From IMG/VR virus record IMGVR_UViG_3300022939_001737, positions 22,001-86,000 of that record: a DNA stretch of 64,000 nt; one strand, written 5' to 3'. Made by a program: the position numbers and the translations under genes. The stretch comes from a virus. The stretch's first letter is position 1, and every line of letters starts with the position of its first letter. Below the pieces are notes generated by a model, which ran no database searches, was not told the origin of the DNA, and saw only the letters and a list, made by a program, of their open reading frames with translations. Shown here piece after piece: positions 1-9,579 of the stretch.

Positions 1-24
1 TCCAGTAACTAAAACAACTTTCAT
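1..24 (-). CDS. 5' end of a gene running off the window (MKVVLVTG...); likely a cytidyltransferase-like or NAD-dependent sugar enzyme
   Basis: ATG at 24 reads MKVVLVTG, a typical Rossmann-type N-terminus. A TATAAATA late-promoter motif (30-37, minus) lies 5 nt upstream. Only 8 codons are visible. Confidence 0.45.
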
Positions 25-63
25 ACTGGTATTTATATGCGTATATTACTGCTAAATAAATTT

Positions 64-702
64 ATGAGTTATATATTACCTACCCAGCAGATAGTTTTTA
101 TTCATATACCTAAAACCGCAGGCGCAAGTGTAATAAACAGTTTTGCAGGTGAAAAAGTATTAATTCCGAACAGTAGAACAAAAAATCAAAATTATCATAG
201 TACTCTTCAAGATGCATTAAACTTCAAAGATGTTGATCATTATTTTAAGTTTACTGTTGTAAGAAATCCTTGGCATAGAATAGTAAGTTGGTATACATTT
301 AGGCGGAGAATTTTAGAGCTTAGTTTGAAAAGGTTTGCAAAAAATGTTCCTGTCAAAAAAGTTGTAAATGATCAAAAAATTATTGCAGACGAATACAGTT
401 CAATGCAAAACTTCCATAAATGGCTTCCTGATTACATAGAAAAACCTTGGGACTTTACTTGGTTTTCGTTAAAGGATAATCAAATAGACTGGATAGACAA
501 TATTGACAGTGTTGATAAAATATTTAGATTTGAAACACTAGGAAGAGATTTTACTAACCATTTTAATCTTACGTTGCCTAAGAAAAATGTATCCACACAC
601 AAAAGCTTTGATTGGCGTAGTCTATATAATACAGATACTATAAAACTTGTAGAGAAAGTTTACGAAAAAGATATTGATGTATTCAAGTATACATTTAAAT
701 AG
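64..702 (+). CDS. Sulfotransferase family protein (Sulfotransfer_2-like)
   Basis: FIHIPKTAG (5'-PSB loop) and VRNPWHRIVSWY (3'-PB) motifs. Start moved to ATG 64, which lies 5 nt after TAAATA (53-58). Confidence 0.8.
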   Translation: MSYILPTQQIVFIHIPKTAGASVINSFAGEKVLIPNSRTKNQNYHSTLQDALNFKDVDHYFKFTVVRNPWHRIVSWYTFRRRILELSLKRFAKNVPVKKVVNDQKIIADEYSSMQNFHKWLPDYIEKPWDFTWFSLKDNQIDWIDNIDSVDKIFRFETLGRDFTNHFNLTLPKKNVSTHKSFDWRSLYNTDTIKLVEKVYEKDIDVFKYTFK

Positions 703-1318
703 GCTTATAAACTCTTTCTTCTTCAAAAGTTGTAAACAATTTATAGCCTAATGAGTGCATAAAGTTTTCTAAGTCTTCTAAGGTATAATTAAATCTAGTT
801 GCACACTTATCAAAAAATTCTAAAACAACAATAGGTTTGCATTTTTTTATTGTATTAACTGCACCTTTTAGTGCAAAATATTCATAACCTTCTATATCTA
901 AATGTATTAGATTACATTCTTCTAGGCCTAAATCATCTATGAGCATAGTTGGTATTTTGCCAATGCCGCGCACATAGTTTTTTCCTCTATTGCCTTCTTT
1001 AATATGTAAGTCAACTAGTCCTCTTTTGTCTCCGATACAAGCTTGATACTTGAATACATTTTGTGTATCTGCATTTTGTGTCAAACAATAAAAATTAAGA
1101 GGTTCTGGCTCAAATGTGTATACCCATTTAAAGTGTTTTGCATATTCTTTTACATAATATCCTGCATTGCCGCCTGCCTGTACAATAACGTTTTTTTGAT
1201 CTACCAATGCACAAATTTTTTGCGGTAAGTCGGCGTGTGTCAACATATAATTCCAACACTTTGTATCAGTCTTTGGCCATATGTAGTCTTGTCTATTTTC
1301 TAACAAGTTTCGCATCAT
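695..1318 (-). CDS. FkbM-family SAM-dependent methyltransferase
   Basis: VQAGGNAG, YTFEP and IHLDIEGYE..ALKGA..TI...KP motifs. Confidence 0.85.
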   Translation of the reverse strand: MMRNLLENRQDYIWPKTDTKCWNYMLTHADLPQKICALVDQKNVIVQAGGNAGYYVKEYAKHFKWVYTFEPEPLNFYCLTQNADTQNVFKYQACIGDKRGLVDLHIKEGNRGKNYVRGIGKIPTMLIDDLGLEECNLIHLDIEGYEYFALKGAVNTIKKCKPIVVLEFFDKCATRFNYTLEDLENFMHSLGYKLFTTFEEERVYKPI

Positions 1319-2006
1319 CTATTGTTCCTTCTAGTCCTTGTGTCAAACTATGTGTTTTTATATTGTCGCCTATACTATAAAAAGGGTGCAATCTTGCTAG
1401 ACTTGGTACTGTAGTATTTGTGTTTAACACCCAATCACCTATTTGTTGGTCAGCTGTTACGTGCCCGTGTTGTCTAATATGTTTTATAAGTTTATGGGCA
1501 CCTTCTGGTTTTAAGATGTAAGCATATGCTCCTTTGAAGTAATTTCCTGTACCAATCTTATAGGGATTTTTTGGACTTTGGTTTACATATTTTTCTATCT
1601 GTAGTTCTGTATCTTTTTCTTCGTCAAGTAGTTGATTGTATTTTTTGCTATAAGGATCTAATCTGTCTAATTTTAAAACGTCTTCAAATTGATCGCAAAT
1701 AGTATTACCGAAAGGACGTAAAATATATCCATCGTGTTCTAGTATACACATAGGTTCACCTTGCTTCAAACATTCTAGCCACAGATAATAGTGACTAAAA
1801 AAGCATCCGCGGACACCTAGTTTTCCTTTTTTAAATTTTCTTTTAGGTTGTATGCCAGTTGCATAATAATGCTTTTTCCAATCTTTACCGTTTATTGCTT
1901 TAAAATATTTTGGTTTTAGTCCGTGTATTTTTGCTTGTTCAAAACACTCCTGGGCCATTCTACAAGAGTGTTCATTTTCTTCTAATCTAATTATGTATGT
2001 TATCAT
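1293..2006 (-). CDS. Glycosyltransferase family 25-like
   Basis: YIIRL, F.AI.G, GCFFSHYYLW, ILEHD and GAYAYILKPEGA match the GT25 (Lex2/LgtB-type) pattern. Confidence 0.75.
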   Translation of the reverse strand: MITYIIRLEENEHSCRMAQECFEQAKIHGLKPKYFKAINGKDWKKHYYATGIQPKRKFKKGKLGVRGCFFSHYYLWLECLKQGEPMCILEHDGYILRPFGNTICDQFEDVLKLDRLDPYSKKYNQLLDEEKDTELQIEKYVNQSPKNPYKIGTGNYFKGAYAYILKPEGAHKLIKHIRQHGHVTADQQIGDWVLNTNTTVPSLARLHPFYSIGDNIKTHSLTQGLEGTIDDAKLVRK

Positions 2007-2668
2007 AGATTATCAATTGCTGTTTGTAAACTTACAACTTTTCTTTGAATGTTACCTTTACGAATAGCAAAACTCCTGTGTGTATTATCAAATGTTTTGT
2101 AGTTAGATCTTTTTCCAAAAACGTGCATTTCCGGAAGTTGGGCTACATTATAATTATCGTATATATGAGTTCTTACTTGTACATCTGAATCCCACTGTAA
2201 TTTATTTTTTAGTACCGATAATGCTACTTTGTTAATATCGGCAATAATATCACTCCGTAAAATTAACATTGCCATTCCGCCTTCAGTACCGTCTTTTTTA
2301 GTTCGTGTAATATTAATTGCGTGGTTAGTTTTAAACAACTCGTTTATTTTTTCTTGGTTTATTTTTTTAATTGCAATTATGTCTACATCAGAAACTACAA
2401 CATTTTGTTCTGCTTCTGGAATACTAAACCATCTTGCAAGTGCATAAAAACCTCTTGCATTAGAATTATCTGATTTATAAGTATTTTTTATATCTTCAAA
2501 GGTTATATGTGTATTTGTAATAAAATTAATATTATTATTTTGTGGAAGATTTAGTCCTACATAATGCAAAGACAATTCGCATTTAGGATAAAATTTTTTT
2601 ATAGTATGACTATAAAAATGATAAAATGTATTATAATAGATAGGATCAGTGGCTGTATGAAAAATCAA
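2003..2668 (-). CDS. Putative GT-A fold glycosyltransferase-like protein
   Basis: DVD motif after a hydrophobic strand (VVVSDVDII). AT-rich; clustered with other glycan enzymes. Confidence 0.45.
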   Translation of the reverse strand: MIFHTATDPIYYNTFYHFYSHTIKKFYPKCELSLHYVGLNLPQNNNINFITNTHITFEDIKNTYKSDNSNARGFYALARWFSIPEAEQNVVVSDVDIIAIKKINQEKINELFKTNHAINITRTKKDGTEGGMAMLILRSDIIADINKVALSVLKNKLQWDSDVQVRTHIYDNYNVAQLPEMHVFGKRSNYKTFDNTHRSFAIRKGNIQRKVVSLQTAIDNL

Positions 2669-3120
2669 AGAGTGGCATCCTCCATACCTGCTACTCTTAG
2701 TTTTACAACGTTAGTAATTTGCCATTGCTTTTGATCAAGTGCTTTGAGTACACCTAACCATTTGTTACGCATTAGTGCAAATTCGTTAATAATTTTTTCA
2801 TAGTCAACAACATCTGCTTCGCCGTCAACATATTTTTCAACATCGCGGCTAGACAGAGCTCGTTGATAGTTTTCAAGATACTTTTTAAAATATGAGCTAC
2901 GCAACCTGCGTAGCTCAATATTCAAATAGTTTAGTATAGCTTCTATTTCTTGTAATTGATTAAAACGATGTTCAACAATACCGGGCATAGCAGCAGCTGA
3001 TTTTTCTACATTACCAACTAGCTTACATTCTTGACGAGCATCTGTCATCTCTTTTTCAAAATGTAATATTGCATCAGGAATTTTTGAAATATCTCTAGAT
3101 ATCTCTGAGTACCATCCCAT
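2665..3120 (-). CDS. uvsY: UvsY-like recombination mediator
   Basis: Helical ~150 aa protein with Y.RAL.SRD.EKYVDGE motif, located downstream of UvsX. Start taken at MGWYSE. Confidence 0.75.
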   Translation of the reverse strand: MGWYSEISRDISKIPDAILHFEKEMTDARQECKLVGNVEKSAAAMPGIVEHRFNQLQEIEAILNYLNIELRRLRSSYFKKYLENYQRALSSRDVEKYVDGEADVVDYEKIINEFALMRNKWLGVLKALDQKQWQITNVVKLRVAGMEDATL

Positions 3121-3359
3121 TAGTAATCCCAATCCTCGTCATTTTCGTCAGCATCATAATCAATAGATTCAATTTCTAAGTAGTAATAGATAGCTTCGTC
3201 TAATACACTATCATTACCAAGGACTTCTTTAAATGATTGATCACTTATTCCATAATCTGCGCATAAGTCGACAAACTTTTCGGCTGCTGCTTCCATATGT
3301 TTTTTATCTAGGTATTCTTTAAAGCACATCCAAACTTCAGCTATTTGTTCTTCATTCAT
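3120..3359 (-). CDS. Small acidic hypothetical protein
   Basis: 79-aa ORF tightly coupled between uvsX and uvsY, with an acidic C-terminus. Confidence 0.65.
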   Translation of the reverse strand: MNEEQIAEVWMCFKEYLDKKHMEAAAEKFVDLCADYGISDQSFKEVLGNDSVLDEAIYYYLEIESIDYDADENDEDWDY

Positions 3360-4446
3360 TGGCTACAATTTCCTCGTCAAGGTTATCCTGCACTGCTTCT
3401 TCGTCAGTGTTGTCGATATTTACCACAGAAGCTTCTTTTTCGAGGTAATCTGACATAACCTTATCGAGTAAATCGCCTTTCCAATTTTTGCGATATTCTA
3501 ATAGTTCTTCGCCGTCAAGTGTTGTATACTTAAGACGATTGCCTTGTTTTTCAATAACACCTTTTGCTTCAAACAGTTCAAGTAGTCCGCTATAAGGATT
3601 CATACCTGTTTCGTATGGAATCTTTACCTGCACACCCTCAAACGGTTTAGCATAACGTGTTTTCATAACTTTACAGCCTGCACGAATACCTCGCACTTCG
3701 CTGATCTTGTTGCCATCTTCATCTTCTTTTAGTTTTAGTTTTTTCATTGCTACAACAATTGAAGATGCATAGATAAATCCTTGACCACCTGATATTTTAT
3801 CATCTGGATCAAACATATCTTGCGATGCATATGTGTGGTTAGTACATACAAGTCCTACATTGTGAGAACCAATCATATTAACTGTATTACGAACAAGTGA
3901 AGTTAATGCCTTAGGCTTACGACCCATATCACCTTTCATATCACCCTTGTTAAACTGATCAACATCTGTAGGTGTTAGCAACATACCCAAACTATCAATA
4001 ACAAACAGTACCTTAGGACGGTCTTCTTCTGGCATTGCCTTATAGTCTGCCATAAACACACTAATAGTTTTAGCAACGTCATCAATCATTGACATATTAA
4101 GTTTAAGTAGTTTTTCTTCTGAAGTGTCTACATCAAGTGCGTGTAACCAGCTCTCATCAAGTGCATTCTCTGAGTCAATAAGAACTACAAAGATACCTTG
4201 TTCTTGTGCATACTTAACAATATTACCTGCACAAATATAAGATTTGCCTGCGCCACTTTCGCCTGCAAATACTGTTACCTTACCCATAGGAACACCTTTG
4301 TTCCAGTCACCTGAAATAAGATAATTGAGTGCATAGTTACCAGTACTAATCCAATCAGTAGGATCGTTAAATCCCGCACTCATACCTGAAATAGATTTAG
4401 TTAATGATGTTCGAAACTTTGTAGGATCGAATGCCTTATTAGCCAT
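3352..4446 (-). CDS. uvsX: UvsX/RecA-like recombinase
   Basis: Walker A GESGAGKS, IDSE.ALD, Walker B FVIDSLG, and SGG.G..YASS. Confidence 0.93.
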   Translation of the reverse strand: MANKAFDPTKFRTSLTKSISGMSAGFNDPTDWISTGNYALNYLISGDWNKGVPMGKVTVFAGESGAGKSYICAGNIVKYAQEQGIFVVLIDSENALDESWLHALDVDTSEEKLLKLNMSMIDDVAKTISVFMADYKAMPEEDRPKVLFVIDSLGMLLTPTDVDQFNKGDMKGDMGRKPKALTSLVRNTVNMIGSHNVGLVCTNHTYASQDMFDPDDKISGGQGFIYASSIVVAMKKLKLKEDEDGNKISEVRGIRAGCKVMKTRYAKPFEGVQVKIPYETGMNPYSGLLELFEAKGVIEKQGNRLKYTTLDGEELLEYRKNWKGDLLDKVMSDYLEKEASVVNIDNTDEEAVQDNLDEEIVANE

Positions 4447-4462
4447 AAATAAACTCCTAATA

Positions 4463-4492
4463 TAAAAAGTGTACGGGGTTTTACCCCCGTAC
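4463..4492 (-). terminator. Hairpin/intrinsic terminator between ssb and uvsX
   Basis: GTACGGGG/CCCCGTAC stem followed by a T-run on the minus strand. Confidence 0.55.
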
Positions 4493-4499
4493 TATACTA

Positions 4500-5489
4500 T
4501 TATTGTTGTTGACGTGATCTAATCATTGCAAGGATATCTTGCGCATCACCTGCTGGCGCTGCTTCAGCAGCTGGTGCTGTAGTAGGCTCTGGTGCCGCTT
4601 CTGCTACCGGAGCAGGTGCTGCTTCAGGTGCTGGTGTTGGTGCAGTTTGACTTGTTGCTGTTCCATTCGATGACGGAACATTTGGATCACCGGTACGTGC
4701 AGCCATTCCGCTTGGACGGAAATAGTTGCTCCAGCGATCTGCGTCATATGCTTCACCATCAACAGATGCTTCGAACATTTCTTGCATAACTTTTACAGCA
4801 GTTTCATCTGGCTTTTTAGGCAGGAAGTCATTAAGATCAAACAATCCATAAGTATCAATTGCAGCCATTTCTGCATCACTTAATGGACGTTCTCTACGTG
4901 CCCAGTTTGATGTGCCGTAGTCTGCATAACCGCCTTTTGAAGTTTTATTAAGACGGAAGTCTACACCAGCAGTATAATCTGTTGGCAATTCTTCCATATC
5001 AGGATCCATAAGAGCCTGCTTAATAATTTGGAAAATTTGTGGACCAATAATAAAGCGTCTGATCGGATTATCAGGTGCTTCGTCATCCGCTAGTGGATTA
5101 TCCGTTACAAAACCTTGGAAGATATATGAACGCTTCTTCCAATACTTACGACCCATATCTTCTAGACTTGGATCTTTAAACCAACCACGTACTTCATTAA
5201 GAATATTACAAGTTTCTCCGTACATTTCCATACAAGGAACTTGGACTTGTACTGGACGGCTAGAAGTATCGCCTTTTACTCCACTAAATGGAAGTTTGAT
5301 CATCAAACGTTCTTTCCAAAAGAAAGTATTGTTTTGATCGCCATCAGGTAAGAAACGCATAGTTGCGCTTTCGCCTTCTTTAATATTCCAAAATGGGTAA
5401 ATTGGGTTTGGACCGCTTGGTCCTGAATTGCCACTTGTGCGTGATTCTTGTTCTTTGAGCTTTGCTCGGATTTCTGCTAATGATGCCAT
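4500..5489 (-). CDS. gp32-like single-stranded DNA-binding protein
   Basis: MASLAEIRAKL N-terminus, RFLP, GxDF.L.K..KGGYADY..S.W, and an Ala/Pro linker with a DILAMIRSR tail; located next to UvsX. Confidence 0.85.
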   Translation of the reverse strand: MASLAEIRAKLKEQESRTSGNSGPSGPNPIYPFWNIKEGESATMRFLPDGDQNNTFFWKERLMIKLPFSGVKGDTSSRPVQVQVPCMEMYGETCNILNEVRGWFKDPSLEDMGRKYWKKRSYIFQGFVTDNPLADDEAPDNPIRRFIIGPQIFQIIKQALMDPDMEELPTDYTAGVDFRLNKTSKGGYADYGTSNWARRERPLSDAEMAAIDTYGLFDLNDFLPKKPDETAVKVMQEMFEASVDGEAYDADRWSNYFRPSGMAARTGDPNVPSSNGTATSQTAPTPAPEAAPAPVAEAAPEPTTAPAAEAAPAGDAQDILAMIRSRQQQ

Positions 5490-5552
5490 AGTTTGTGCCT
5501 CCTATAATGTTATGCCTATGTGCTTGTGCCTATTTCGTATAGCACATAATAT

Positions 5553-5581
5553 ACTATACGCTAGTATTTATAAAAAGTCAA
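5553..5581 (-). promoter_or_regulatory. Sigma70-type promoter with an embedded T4-type late promoter, upstream of ssb
   Basis: TTGACT-17 nt-TATAGT; the spacer contains TATAAATA (5565-5572). Confidence 0.7.
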
Positions 5582-5616
5582 GTACTTTTTACAAATTTTT
5601 TAAAAAAACTAGCGGA

Positions 5617-7926
5617 TTATCTTAAACCCGCTAATTCTTTCATTCTATCAAACCCTTCTGTATCCAACTGCTGTGGTTGTGTTTGCATCTGATACTCATC
5701 GAAGAGTGCTTGTACCTGTTCAATGAAAGCCTTTGCGGGTTCTATGAACTCTTCGCCGTAGTCTTTCTCGACCATAGTTAATACTGCGGTCTCGCCTTTT
5801 GGAAACAGGCCTGTTTCTCTATCATAGTATGATAGTATAAATTCGCCTAATGGTGTCTTTTGGTCCTTTTCAAGTGTAATCTCATCACCGTCTGGGCCTT
5901 GGATCTTATCACCTTTTTTCTTGCCGTCTTTTTTAGCTTGTGCTACAGCACCTGAGTATGCATTGCCTTCTCCCATTTGCTTTACTTGAGCATATGCTGG
6001 TTGAATCATTGTTACATCTGCTTTTTTATCAGTTGACATTGCTTTAAATAATTCATTTACTGCACTATATTTTTCTGGTTCAATGCCTGCATTATCCATA
6101 TCTTGTATTAAACCGCCTAATATTTCTATTTGCTCGTCTTTAACTTCGCCTTTATATTTTTTAGAAGTTTTTGCTATATCCACAAGTGCCTCTAATGCAT
6201 TTTTCTTAACTGTGTCTTGATCAATACCTTCCATCTCAATATCATCTTTGATCTTAACGCAATTATCTACACGCTTGCCACCTTTCATTTTGGTGCCCAT
6301 ACGCTTGTAGCCTTTCCAGCATACTTTGCCGTCTACGCCCTTTTGTTTTTCTTCATCAAGTGTGCGCCAGCTTGGGTTGCCACATTCTTCACATACACTG
6401 TCAGCAAATTGACCCATAGTGTCTTCAAAAGCCTGTTCTAGTTCAAACTCTTCTTTTGTTTTAGGTTCGTCGCCTTTGCCCATTAACCAATTTATTACTT
6501 TCTTGCCACCATAAAGAAGAGCAACAACTGCTAGTGCAGGTAGTGCGTATTTAGATGCAAAATTAGCAACTTTTAGGAAACCGCTGCTGCCTATCGCTGC
6601 TGTAACCTGATCCTGTATAGCTTCTATTCCTGCACCTGCTTGTGCTATTAATGCGTCAGCATCGCCTTTGAGATCAGCAGCCATATCACCAACAGCGTCA
6701 ATTGCATCGCCTGCTTTTTTACCAGCGTATGCTGCGCCGCCTGCTACTGACGTTGCAATAGGATGTTTTACAGCCATTGTGCCTACACCTTTTGCTGCTG
6801 CACCTGCGCCTTTTGCTGCTGCACTGCCTCCTCTTGCAATAATGTTTGCACCTATACGTGTAAGTTGAGGGACCGCTGCTCTAGCCGCTGTCATTATACC
6901 TGCTGCTATAAGCGGGGCTATTTCGTCTAACTGCTCATCTGATTCACCTAGTAAATCGTCTGGGCCTAATTCTTTAGCCTTCGTGCCTTCTTTTACTAGA
7001 TTGTAAATGTATGGGAAAACATCTGCTAGTTCTTCATTAAACTGTTTGATAGTTAGTTCGTCAATCCAATTTTCAGCAACGTCACTTGGTACATCTTCTA
7101 GAACTGGGGATTCAAAAGATTCAAATGCTTCTTTGTATGCTGCTGGTTTTTGTAAACTCTCAATTGTTTTCTTGACTGTAGAGATACGCTCTTTGACAAC
7201 ATCCATATATCCTGCTAGGCTTTCTGCCATTACAGCACTACGACCCATATATGTTTTAAACTTACGTAATTTTGCTAGTTCTTCTGAAAGTCCAACAATA
7301 TGCTTGCCAAAGTCATCATAAGCATTTCCACCTTCAGCAACGTGACGAGCCATTGCTCTTGCACCGCTTAGGTGTTTGTATGGATATTTAAATCTTTCGC
7401 CTTCAGGTGATTCGATGTAGATTTTACCAATCTTTTGTATCCTTCCTGTTGCACTTTCTTGATTAATATTTTCTGTATGCTTAATCATTATACGTGCTTC
7501 GCCTACCTTTTGGTAGCTAACACGACTTGTACCATAAAGTTTTGATTCTGTCATTGTATCGTCCCCAGATCGATTTGCTAAAAATTTGTAGTCTCTTTTT
7601 GTTAGGTTTGTTTTATTAATATCTCTTACACTAAAATCTAACATACGTTTTTTACTGAACACTCTAAGTTCTTTTAAAAAGTCGTACCAATCCTTTTTTG
7701 TTAGTTCGTCTTCGTTACTAATAAAATCTTTGGAATATATTACAGAGAATCCATCTTCATCTAAACTAATACTTACTTTGCCTAAACCTTTGTAATCAAA
7801 ATCAAAAAACTTTGCTGCTTTTGGCATATTAGTCACATTACCGTCAGCATCTCCGATTACTACATCAGGAAATCTGCTGCGTATTTTTTTGAATAGATCT
7901 TCGCTTATTTTCTCTTGTTCCATCAT
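5617..7926 (-). CDS. Large modular hypothetical protein, probable internal head protein
   Basis: 769 aa, immediately downstream of terL, with late promoter 7931-7937. Contains acidic LxE-type sites, an Ala/Gly-rich insert and a CWKGY...NCVK module. Confidence 0.6.
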   Translation of the reverse strand: MMEQEKISEDLFKKIRSRFPDVVIGDADGNVTNMPKAAKFFDFDYKGLGKVSISLDEDGFSVIYSKDFISNEDELTKKDWYDFLKELRVFSKKRMLDFSVRDINKTNLTKRDYKFLANRSGDDTMTESKLYGTSRVSYQKVGEARIMIKHTENINQESATGRIQKIGKIYIESPEGERFKYPYKHLSGARAMARHVAEGGNAYDDFGKHIVGLSEELAKLRKFKTYMGRSAVMAESLAGYMDVVKERISTVKKTIESLQKPAAYKEAFESFESPVLEDVPSDVAENWIDELTIKQFNEELADVFPYIYNLVKEGTKAKELGPDDLLGESDEQLDEIAPLIAAGIMTAARAAVPQLTRIGANIIARGGSAAAKGAGAAAKGVGTMAVKHPIATSVAGGAAYAGKKAGDAIDAVGDMAADLKGDADALIAQAGAGIEAIQDQVTAAIGSSGFLKVANFASKYALPALAVVALLYGGKKVINWLMGKGDEPKTKEEFELEQAFEDTMGQFADSVCEECGNPSWRTLDEEKQKGVDGKVCWKGYKRMGTKMKGGKRVDNCVKIKDDIEMEGIDQDTVKKNALEALVDIAKTSKKYKGEVKDEQIEILGGLIQDMDNAGIEPEKYSAVNELFKAMSTDKKADVTMIQPAYAQVKQMGEGNAYSGAVAQAKKDGKKKGDKIQGPDGDEITLEKDQKTPLGEFILSYYDRETGLFPKGETAVLTMVEKDYGEEFIEPAKAFIEQVQALFDEYQMQTQPQQLDTEGFDRMKELAGLR

Positions 7927-7937
7927 ACTGTATTTAT

Positions 7938-9518
7938 CTAATAGTTGCTACTTACGAAGATTGGCATAGGTGGATCGTAATCATCAATATCTTCTGCTTG
8001 ACTGAAAGTATTGTACACTCTTGGATCCCAATCTTTTAAAACACCCATCATCCTTATTGCAAGTAATGCCGAACTAATCAAATCATCAGTCATTCCTGAT
8101 TTTGCTTGGTAACTAGAACCTGTTGCAACATAACCTTTTAATTCAGATATAAACGGTTTTGAATGTATAATCATTTTATCATTTTCTATCATTGTTTTGA
8201 GTCTGGAACAAGCTGTAACTTTGGTGCTGTGTGTTGTGTTGAATCCTTTGCGGAACTTTCTAACGTGTCCTTTTCTAATGGGTTCACTAACAAACAAACC
8301 AGGGATGTTTTCCTCCCCAAAGTCATTGATAACGATAAGTGCGGCTTCTCCCAACCCATTGTTTTCTACGCTCCAATATATTCCTTGTGGATTCTGTGTT
8401 TCTTGTTCTATGTATTTACATACATCAGCAAGCACTCTGATTTGTCCGGGTATAGCAGTTTGATTATGTTGCCATTCTGCTACTTGTTCGTATGTAGGCA
8501 ATTCGAATACCTGTATTGCCGCATAATCTCCTCCTGTGCCCATCGACGGATCTAATGCAATACAGTATGTATATTGGCTAGTTGGTTTTTTGTACCAACG
8601 TGTCTGCCCCATATTAAGTACAGGACTACCGCCTTCCATCGCGGCTAGTTTTATACTGTTGATAAGTGTTTCATCAAATACTAAAAACTCGCAACCATAC
8701 TCACGTCGAAATTTTTCTTCTCCTATGCGCCCAATTTCAGCAGATTTCCATTCCTCGTCACGGTCAGGATGTTCGTACCAAAATGATCTAAATGCGTGAA
8801 ACCCATTTATTCCTACTTCTGCTTCGTTACCGTGGTCATCAAATTTTTGCTCTGCCTGTTTCCAAATAGTAGCAAATGTATCTTCATCACTATTAGGTGT
8901 GCTTGTAATAATAGCACGACCACCGGTTGCTAGTGTAGGTGATATTGAAGTCCAAAACTCTTCCGCAATGTTAGGTTGCACAAACGCAAACTCGTCACAA
9001 TATAGTAGTGAGATAGACAAACCACGTCCTGTGTTGCCTGTTGTTGTTTGTGAAATAATTCTTGAACCATTTTCAAATTCAATTGAACCTTTGTTATAAC
9101 TTGTAACACCTGCTCTAATATGATCTGGACAAGTTTCGTATACATAACGAATACGTGCCATAATTTCTTGCGCACCTGTGTATTTGTGTGCAGCAATTAG
9201 AATAGTTTGGTCAGGATGGAACATTGCATACCAACACAAATATATACTAGCACAGGTAGTTTTACCTGTTTGTCTAGGCATCATATTAATATTAAATCTA
9301 TAACTATGATAACTGTGCAACAAACGAAGTTGATATTCATAAGGATCAAACATAAGTTTGCCTTGCACAGGGTGTTGTATGTAAGCAAAATGCCTTGCAA
9401 AATGCAAGTACCCTTCATCAGGATCCATACACAACATAAGATCCTGTATCTGTTGTTCAGTAAATGTTTCTTGTTTATTGGCTTTTTTAGTTAATACGCC
9501 GTCTAATGATTTACTCAT
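7938..9518 (-). CDS. terL: Terminase large subunit (gp17-like)
   Basis: PRQTGKTT Walker A, LLYCDEFAF Walker B, TSTPN coupling motif, nuclease ALDPS.G.GGD and DDL. Confidence 0.95.
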   Translation of the reverse strand: MSKSLDGVLTKKANKQETFTEQQIQDLMLCMDPDEGYLHFARHFAYIQHPVQGKLMFDPYEYQLRLLHSYHSYRFNINMMPRQTGKTTCASIYLCWYAMFHPDQTILIAAHKYTGAQEIMARIRYVYETCPDHIRAGVTSYNKGSIEFENGSRIISQTTTGNTGRGLSISLLYCDEFAFVQPNIAEEFWTSISPTLATGGRAIITSTPNSDEDTFATIWKQAEQKFDDHGNEAEVGINGFHAFRSFWYEHPDRDEEWKSAEIGRIGEEKFRREYGCEFLVFDETLINSIKLAAMEGGSPVLNMGQTRWYKKPTSQYTYCIALDPSMGTGGDYAAIQVFELPTYEQVAEWQHNQTAIPGQIRVLADVCKYIEQETQNPQGIYWSVENNGLGEAALIVINDFGEENIPGLFVSEPIRKGHVRKFRKGFNTTHSTKVTACSRLKTMIENDKMIIHSKPFISELKGYVATGSSYQAKSGMTDDLISSALLAIRMMGVLKDWDPRVYNTFSQAEDIDDYDPPMPIFVSSNY

Positions 9519-9532
9519 ATGTATATTTAACC

Positions 9533-9559
9533 AAAAAAATAGCGTCCGAAGACGCTATT
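9533..9559 (-). terminator. Intrinsic terminator with UUCG loop
   Basis: AATAGCGTC-TTCG-GACGCTATT followed by a T-run on the minus strand. Confidence 0.8.
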
Positions 9560-9579
9560 GATTTTGCTGGGGGAATGTT

